Positions 1 through 5,278 of a stretch of 5,278 nucleotides of DNA are shown in pieces. Position numbers and translations under genes: made by a program. The notes under the pieces were generated by a model that made no database searches, was not told where the DNA came from, and saw nothing but the letters and a program-made list of their open reading frames with translations. The DNA lies in the NCBI GenBank assembly GCA_020184695.1, contig JAANOX010000240.1, positions 1 to 5,278 of the forward strand, given 5' to 3'. Positions within the stretch are counted from its first letter, which is position 1. The number at the start of each line of letters is the position of its first letter. This DNA is from Histomonas meleagridis 2922-C6/04-290x. Taxonomy: Eukaryota > Protista > Parabasalia.

Positions 1-310
1 ATATTCAAAAATGTGATTTTATATATGAATTAGCCAAAGATATATATCACATTAAAGGATGCTTATTAAATTAAAAAGAAACTTTCCCATGGAAGTTTCT
101 AAACTATGGGGTGTCGAAACTAATAATAAGGAAAATATGAATAATGTGAACTTCAAAGCAAAATTTAAATATAAAGCATATAAAAAAATAATGTATATTA
201 AACCATGAATTATGCTTCAAAATAATTAAGTAAACATATTTTAATAATTTTAAATCAATGCTGAATTTTTATTATAATGATGAACGAATAATAGGGGATC
301 ATTGTATAAA

Positions 311-361
311 TATTAATTAAAAATAATAAATTAAATAATTAAATAATAAATTAAAATAATA
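311..361. repeat. A/T-only low-complexity tandem repeat
   Basis: AAATAATAAATTAAATAATT (321-340) followed by AAATAATAAATTAAAATAAT (341-360). Confidence 0.5.
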
Positions 362-2041
362 AGTTTCGAATAATTGTTGTATCAGATTAATTTTGGAGTT
401 TATATTTTAGATCTTGAAAATAATTGTGGCAATATAGAAAATGAATATCGATATATTGCTTATAAATATTTATATTTTCTCATTGTATAATTTTTTTAAG
501 TAATCTGAATGTTAATATAAAATTGATTTTGAAAAATGTGCATTAATATTTCGAAATATATTTTTTCAAATTATAATTTTTTTTTACAGAAAATGGTTTT
601 TGAATAACAAATATTTAAAAATTAGAAATTTGAAGAAATTGCATAAATTATAAATAATTTTCTATAAAAAACTAACAAACATAATAATTTTCATTTTATC
701 ATAAATATGTCAAATCAAATTACAATACATTAGGATAAACAGTAAAAATATATAATTGATCTTCATCTCACAACATGATTTTTTGCCTATGTCTGTTCGC
801 ATTATTTATCAAATTTCATATCGTTATTGAATTTCTCTAATACTAAAATAAAAATATTTTCATTATTTATATAGGTATTCAAATAACTACAAACATTTTA
901 TGATTTACCTAATTATCTTGTTATTATTTTTAGAATATGAATAAAAAATAAGCATTTAGTAAAAATAAGTCAAAAAAATATAGAATCATTGAATCGAACC
1001 CTTGGAATACAAAATGAAAAACAGTAACCATTAAATTCATGATGTATATCCCTACTGATAGATGATATTGGATAATATCTATTTATATTTATATTTTTTA
1101 TACCATTTATAATAAAATAACTATTTTGATTGATTATTTTTATATTGTATTATTGATTGACTTTATTTGATTAAAACCATTTATTTAAGTTTCAATATTT
1201 ATTGATTCATACTAAAATTTGCATCTAGAATTTCTTTCATGAATAAATTGTTGTTATGTAATAAATTTTGAATGTTTATTTTACTTCAGTTATTTCATCT
1301 CCAATTAATTTTGAAATAATTTTTTGAATATAATCTGATTAACATCAAATCAAGTAGATTAAAATGGTTCAATTAAATTTATTCTGCAAAGCGAAGGTAA
1401 TCCAAATTATTTCAGTATTATATTAATTAAATGAACTTAAAAATAATAATATTTCAGAAGTAACTGACGATATTCGCATGAAACAAAAAAAGTATATATG
1501 AAAATTTTGATTCATTCGATTTCTGTTTGTTTTATGGTACAATAAACTATATTTCACAATATATTGAATAATAATTTTATTATTTTTCATATTATATTTT
1601 TAATTCAAAACGAAAAAATTTAAAAGGGGACCAGGAAAACAATCTAGTCTGGTAAGAATGTCATTTATAAAATAAATATATATTCTTTAAGTTTAATGTA
1701 TTCATGTTGAACTTAATCAATGATCTAAAATTACAATGCTTTTTTGATGAATTTATTATAGATTTGTTCAATATATTTTTTTTTCTTTAAAATCATCTGT
1801 AATTTATATATTTGCAATTCCTTTAACAACAAAACATGCAACTCGCACTTTTTTCTATCATGTAAAAAGTTATTAATTTGATATATCAACAAAATGTGAA
1901 GCTTAAGAGATTCATTTATTATTATTATTATCTTTAAATGATGCGATTTTTGATCATGAATTTATTTTGATCATATGACATATCTATTTAAAAATGCAAA
2001 ATATTTATGGCTTATTTTATTTTCATTGAAAATATGAGTGA

Positions 2042-2500
2042 TATTATATTTCAGAATTTTTAGTGTATTATTTTTATTCAAATTTTTCATCGTTTTTTTA
2101 CAACAAGGAATTTCCCTTTATCAATCAAAGGGCAAAGGAAACCTATCGTAAAAATCCGATACATCCAATATTTCTCAAACCCGGGCGGCTGATTTATCAT
2201 ATACAATTACCCTTCATTCGCTTCATTTCGTGATTTTTTCGATATCAACTTTTTCTACGCACTTAAAGTACAAAATATTTCAATTTTGGATTACAATTGG
2301 AAAAAAATCAATCATTCTTATGAAACCTTATTTACTGAACTATATTGTGGATCGAAATGTTGCTGAAATTAACGATCAATAAACGGTCACCAATTATCAA
2401 AACTTTATTGATTCAAAAAGTCGAATACGTCAAAATATTTTGAGGTGGCTGTGATTATTTTTAACGTCCCATATCGTGTTCGATCAAGTAAAGTATTTAA
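2042..2500 (+). pseudogene. Possible degraded coding remnant of unknown product
   Basis: Locally more GC than 1-2000, with stop-poor, protein-like stretches in shifting frames (EFLVYYFYSNFSSFFYNKEFPFINQRAKETYRKNPIHPIFLKPGRLIY, 2042-2232; YPSFASFRDFFDINFFYALKVQNISILDYNWKKINHSYETLFTELY). No recognised motif, and the strand is uncertain. Confidence 0.25.
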
Positions 2501-2520
2501 TTTCATTGGTTACTTTACAT

Positions 2521-3987
2521 AAAAGTGACATTGAAATATAAACTTGAATCATAATTATCTAAATTGATTATATATTGATATTTTTCATCAAGTCTATCAA
2601 AATATTTTAAATCCTTATCAAATAAATCATCAATGATTTCTAATTGCAATTATATATTATCTGTTAAAATGAAAATATCGAAAATATTTTGTGAATAATT
2701 ATTTTTAAAGTCTGTAATTATAACGATAGGACATGATTTCGAATATGGATCTAAAGAGCATAAATAAATTACGAAAACAAAATTTTCAATTTGATTTTGA
2801 TTCTTTTTCATGAATAAATTATATTTTTTTTCATTTTTTATACATTTTCGAGCCGAACCTTTGGGAATCTGTTTAATGAATTTTAATCCTCTAACTTTTC
2901 CATCAATTGAAATGCCAACATATGACTTTAAAGAAATTGCATCAATAGAAATTACATATCTTGAATCATTATCATATCCAAATATTTTTATGATTTTTTT
3001 TAATTTTCCATATCATTATTAAATATTTCTGTTTAAAGATCATATTTTTCAAAATATTTATATCTATACCTTTTTACAGTTCGAAATGATGGTAAATTAA
3101 AAATTTGTTGTAGAATATTATACCAACTTTCTTCAACAGAACCGATAATTGTAAGTATTTCCTGAATTTGTGATGAATAATAATTTTTTTTTCTAATGTT
3201 GGCATTTAGAATTGAATTTTGGTAATGTGCATTTAGAAAACTATTATTTGTATTTTTTTCATATAAATTATCATATAATTTTTTCATCTTATTAGATTCA
3301 TTTTTCAATTTTTTAATTTCTTCTCGTAATCCCGATTTTTATAATTTCAATTGCTATATAGAATTTTTGAGCTTGAAATTTTCATTTTTGACAGTTCTTA
3401 ATTCTTCATAGATCTTACAGATTTTTCAATTTCTAATTTTTCGTTTTCTTTGTATGCACAATTCGAATTAATAATCAAAGACTAATATTTAATTGACCTG
3501 ATTATCTCCCGGAGGTCATTATTTTCTTGCTGTAGTGCATTATTATTCAATTAAATATTATAAATAGTTTCTTGCAACTTTTAAATATTTTGTTTTGATT
3601 CGATAATTATCTGATTTTTTTCGTTTATTTCATCAATTTTCCTTTTATAAATATTACCAATTTTGTTTTCCTTTTTCGGGCTGAAACTCATTTTAAGGAT
3701 GTACTCCAAATCCTCGACTTTCTGATGAGACGCATAGAAATTTTTTTTTGATTGACAGAAAAAGTTGAAACTTTTCTTCTTATTTTTGATCTTTGAGAAT
3801 CTCCGATAAAGCATATCCTATCCATTGATACTTTGGATTGTGTAATTGTAAGATTTCTACCATTTAAACCTGTCTGAACAGACAAGGTGACTGCATTAAT
3901 ACTTGAGGAATTCATTATTCTTTTTGTACTAAAATAAAATGTATCGAATAATATTTGAAATAATTCTTCCACAATTTTAGAATGATT
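2521..3987 (-). pseudogene. Central segment of the same transposase: coiled coil, LPSxRT helix and first two RNase H-fold acidic motifs; truncated before the C-terminal catalytic region
   Basis: Reconstruction with about 4 frameshifts (~3855, ~3655 or ~3745, ~3421, ~3001) reads NHSKIVEELFQILFDTFYFSTKRIMNSSSINAVTLSVQTGLNGR/QLHNPKYQWIGYALSEIL...RGFGVHP.../coiled coil (KIYEELRTVKNENFKLKNSI*QLKL*KSGLREEIKKLKNE)...SWYNILQQIFNLPSFRTVKRY.../IFGYDNDSRYVISIDAISLKSYVGISIDGKVRGLK...FVFVIYLCSLDPYSKSCPIVII...EIIDDLFDKDLKYFDRLDE. YxxLxxxFxLPSxRT followed by hydrophobic-D (VISID) matches the known layout of P/THAP9-type transposases. FDKD is taken to be a decayed FDGD-like second Asp. The family call is from motif recognition only. 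Confidence 0.75.
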
Positions 3988-3996
3988 ACTCAGAAT
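3988..3996 (+). repeat. Left copy of 9-bp target-site duplication ACTCAGAAT
   Basis: Identical to 4910-4918. The bases on either side differ between the copies, so the match is exactly 9 bp. Confidence 0.85.
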
Positions 3997-4007
3997 TGAA
4001 TTGTCCC

Positions 4008-4056
4008 GTACGGAAATTCTCAAAAATCATTCAATTTTTGAGTAAACCACTCAAAA
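4008..4056 (+). repeat. Outer left inverted-repeat module (A)
   Basis: GTACGGAAATTCTCAAAAATCATTCAATTTTTGAGTAAACCACTCAAAA, 44/49 identical to the reverse complement of 4855-4903. Confidence 0.9.
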
Positions 4057-4140
4057 AGTTGAACAGATTTTTATCCACGTTATGAAATAATAATATTGTA
4101 ATCTGTTTGGATAAATAATCATTCAAATCATTTTTTAGAT

Positions 4141-4203
4141 TTTTTGTACACCAGCTGTACGGAAATTCTCAAAAATCATTCAATTTCGGTGTAAACTATT
4201 CAA
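4141..4203 (+). repeat. Inner left inverted-repeat module (B)
   Basis: TTTTTGTACACCAGCTGTACGGAAATTCTCAAAAATCATTCAATT...AAACTATTCAA. 4141-4185 is 44/45 identical to the reverse complement of 4744-4788, and 57/63 over the full module. It shares the GTACGGAAATTCTCAAAAATCATTCAATTT core with A. Confidence 0.92.
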
Positions 4204-4223
4204 TCACATTCCAATCCATCCCT

Positions 4224-4286
4224 GCGTTTGTAATCGTATTTCACTGTAAAAGCCCGGCTTTTACAGTGAAATACGATTACAAACGC
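4224..4286. repeat. Perfect 63-bp palindrome (31-bp arms, 1-nt spacer)
   Basis: GCGTTTGTAATCGTATTTCACTGTAAAAGCC-C-GGCTTTTACAGTGAAATACGATTACAAACGC; all 31 pairs checked by hand. Confidence 0.97.
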
Positions 4287-4288
4287 TG

Positions 4289-4301
4289 GCGCCTTCGGCG
4301 C
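4289..4301. other. GC-rich mini-hairpin GCGCC-TTC-GGCGC (c-GAA-g loop on the minus strand)
   Basis: 5-bp all-GC stem 2 nt downstream of the long palindrome, standing out in an AT-rich background. Confidence 0.75.
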
Positions 4302-4725
4302 TCGCATGAAAAAATTTGTTGTAGAGTTGTATACTCGTTTTGTCTTGTATGAAACAAATGGATTAATGAACCCTTCAACTTTTTGTGTGTAATATATTGT
4401 TGTATTCTATTTTACACTTTTGTATAGAAGTTTCATGTATATTCCGATTGTTAACGGTTTTGGGGTGGTCCATAAGAATTTTCAGTATTTTTCACTTACA
4501 AAATAAATACCTCGTTACAAACTCTCTAGAGAGAACCCTGATTCATTATAAATTGTATTGTATTATATAAAATTATCATCTATAATAGATAAAAAATATT
4601 CTTCATTGTATTTATGAGATTCAGCGCTGAATTGCCAAATTAAATTTGATTTGCATTTGCTGCTTCAACAAAGGTCCTTCTTCAGCCTCTAACGGTCGCT
4701 AGTACGATAAAGTGAAAATTTTGGC

Positions 4726-4788
4726 TTGAATAGTTTTCTCATTAATTGGATGATTTTTGAGAATTTCCGTACAGCTGGTGTACAAAAA
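4726..4788 (-). repeat. Inner right inverted-repeat module (B')
   Basis: Inverted copy of 4141-4203. Confidence 0.92.
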
Positions 4789-4854
4789 TTCCCGATAATG
4801 CATCCGTCACTTTCCTATCGCTTTAACGACGATCGATTATATCTTATTTTTCAC

Positions 4855-4903
4855 TTTTGAGTGGTTCACTCGAAAATTGAATGATTTATGGAAATTTCCG
4901 TAC
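4855..4903 (-). repeat. Outer right inverted-repeat module (A')
   Basis: Reverse complement reads GTACGGAAATTTCCATAAATCATTCAATTTTCGAGTGAACCACTCAAAA, with 5 mismatches to A. Confidence 0.9.
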
Positions 4904-4909
4904 ACAACA

Positions 4910-4918
4910 ACTCAGAAT
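4910..4918 (+). repeat. Right copy of 9-bp target-site duplication ACTCAGAAT
   Basis: Identical to 3988-3996. Encodes ILS on the minus strand. Confidence 0.85.
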
Positions 4919-5272
4919 GAAATCAAAATTTTTCACATTAACGATAGGTTTTTCTACTATGAATCCTGATTCGATTGATAGTAAATAAGCAATTGTCCCC
5001 TCATCATATGGAAATAATGATTTATCATATTCATTGTTTGAAATTGTAATTCCAAATTATGTTTTTTTAATAACTTTTAAAGGTTGTAATTCTTTATCTG
5101 TTATGCTAACTATTATTTGATCAGTTGATATTTTTTTTGTAGTTTAAACGGATGTCAGCAGGTGACAGTCACCCTGTGAAGGAAGAGACGGCTACATATT
5201 TGCTTATTTTCGTTTTTTTTCGGCTTTCTTGTCATTTAAGATCGGATCATCGAATGATTTCCAATCCCTCAT
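4910..5272 (-). pseudogene. N-terminal segment (121 codons) of a decayed P-element/THAP9-like DDE transposase
   Basis: Manual translation from ATG 5272 gives MRDWKSFDDPILNDKKAEKKRK*ANM*PSLPSQGDCHLLTSV*TTKKISTDQIIVSITDKELQPLKVIKKT*FGITISNNEYDKSLFPYDEGTIAYLLSIESGFIVEKPIVNVKNFDFILS. This is one frame with 4 TAR stops (5204-06, 5192-94, 5144-46, 5057-59). It joins in frame to 3987 (NHSKIVEELF...) once 3997-4918 is removed. An in-frame TAA precedes the ATG (5273-75), so the true start could lie outside the window. Confidence 0.75.
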
Positions 5273-5278
5273 TTATGT

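Larger units (their letters stand above)
3997..4909. mobile_element. 913-bp non-autonomous inverted-repeat (MITE/foldback-like) DNA element inserted into the transposase
   Basis: Flanked by an exact 9-bp direct repeat. Begins TG and ends CA. Has nested inverted repeats at both ends, restores the host frame on removal, and encodes no credible ORF. Confidence 0.85.

Noticed and set aside
3-209. Protein-like fragments (ELAKDIYHIK/LIKLKRNFPMEVSKLWGVE...)
   Set aside because: About 50 codons, needs a frameshift, no recognisable motif.
782-1030. Fragments LPNYLVIIFR and KNIESLNRTLG, reminiscent of USP or integrase motifs
   Set aside because: Surrounded by stops, lacking the other required motifs, and the two resemblances are mutually inconsistent.
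1-2000. Sigma70-like promoter boxes, TATA boxes and terminators
   Set aside because: Such words arise constantly at this AT content and there is no intact gene to anchor them.
2139-2150. AACCTATCGT-like word recurring at ~2140, ~2722, ~4814 and ~4940
   Set aside because: 8-10 bp matches, two of them inside coding frame, with no consistent geometry.
2810-3022. 70-aa plus-strand ORF
   Set aside because: Antisense shadow of the transposase catalytic region, which is open and motif-bearing on the minus strand.
3581-3814. 77-aa minus-strand ORF as a stand-alone gene
   Set aside because: Fragment of the pseudogene. Only its distal part is likely the true frame.
3688-4023. 111-aa minus-strand ORF as a stand-alone gene
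   Set aside because: Chimeric. Its first residues come from the inserted element, the middle is true transposase frame, and the part after ~3855 is out of frame.
4385-4570. 61-aa plus-strand ORF inside the insertion
   Set aside because: Short, GTG start, no motif. Expected by chance.
4522-4648. Short palindromes CTCTCTAGAGAG (4522-4533), ATTCAGCGCTGAAT (4619-4632), CAAATT-A-AATTTG (4636-4648)
   Set aside because: Real but short. The 14-mer is mildly unusual, but none can be tied to a function from one copy.
4008-4903. Repeat-spacer-repeat pattern as a CRISPR array
   Set aside because: Only two copies per strand in opposite orientations, spacers of 66-83+ nt, no cas genes, and a TSD explains the structure.
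5161-5173. GGTGAC-A-GTCACC dyad
   Set aside because: Lies within the continuous transposase frame (GDCH) with no boundary or repeat evidence.

Overview
Very AT-rich, eukaryote-like DNA with no intact gene. It resembles parabasalid (Trichomonas/Tritrichomonas-type) repeat DNA, which is an impression from recall, not a search result. The main content is a dead minus-strand DDE transposase of the P-element/THAP9-like type, about 610 codons, running from an ATG at 5272 down to about 2521. It has about 4 frameshifts and 12-13 in-frame stops, all TAA/TAG. The supplied ORF track shows it only as disconnected pieces. The gene is split by a 913-bp non-coding insertion (3997-4909) flanked by an exact 9-bp direct repeat (ACTCAGAAT). 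Removing the insertion restores the reading frame (...VKNFDFILS|NHSKIVEELFQILF...). The insertion has modular inverted ends (two ~50-60 bp motif copies per end, separated by diverged spacers) and contains a perfect 31+1+31 bp palindrome followed by a GC-rich triloop mini-hairpin. Positions 1-2500 are mostly AT-rich non-coding DNA with at most weak coding remnants.
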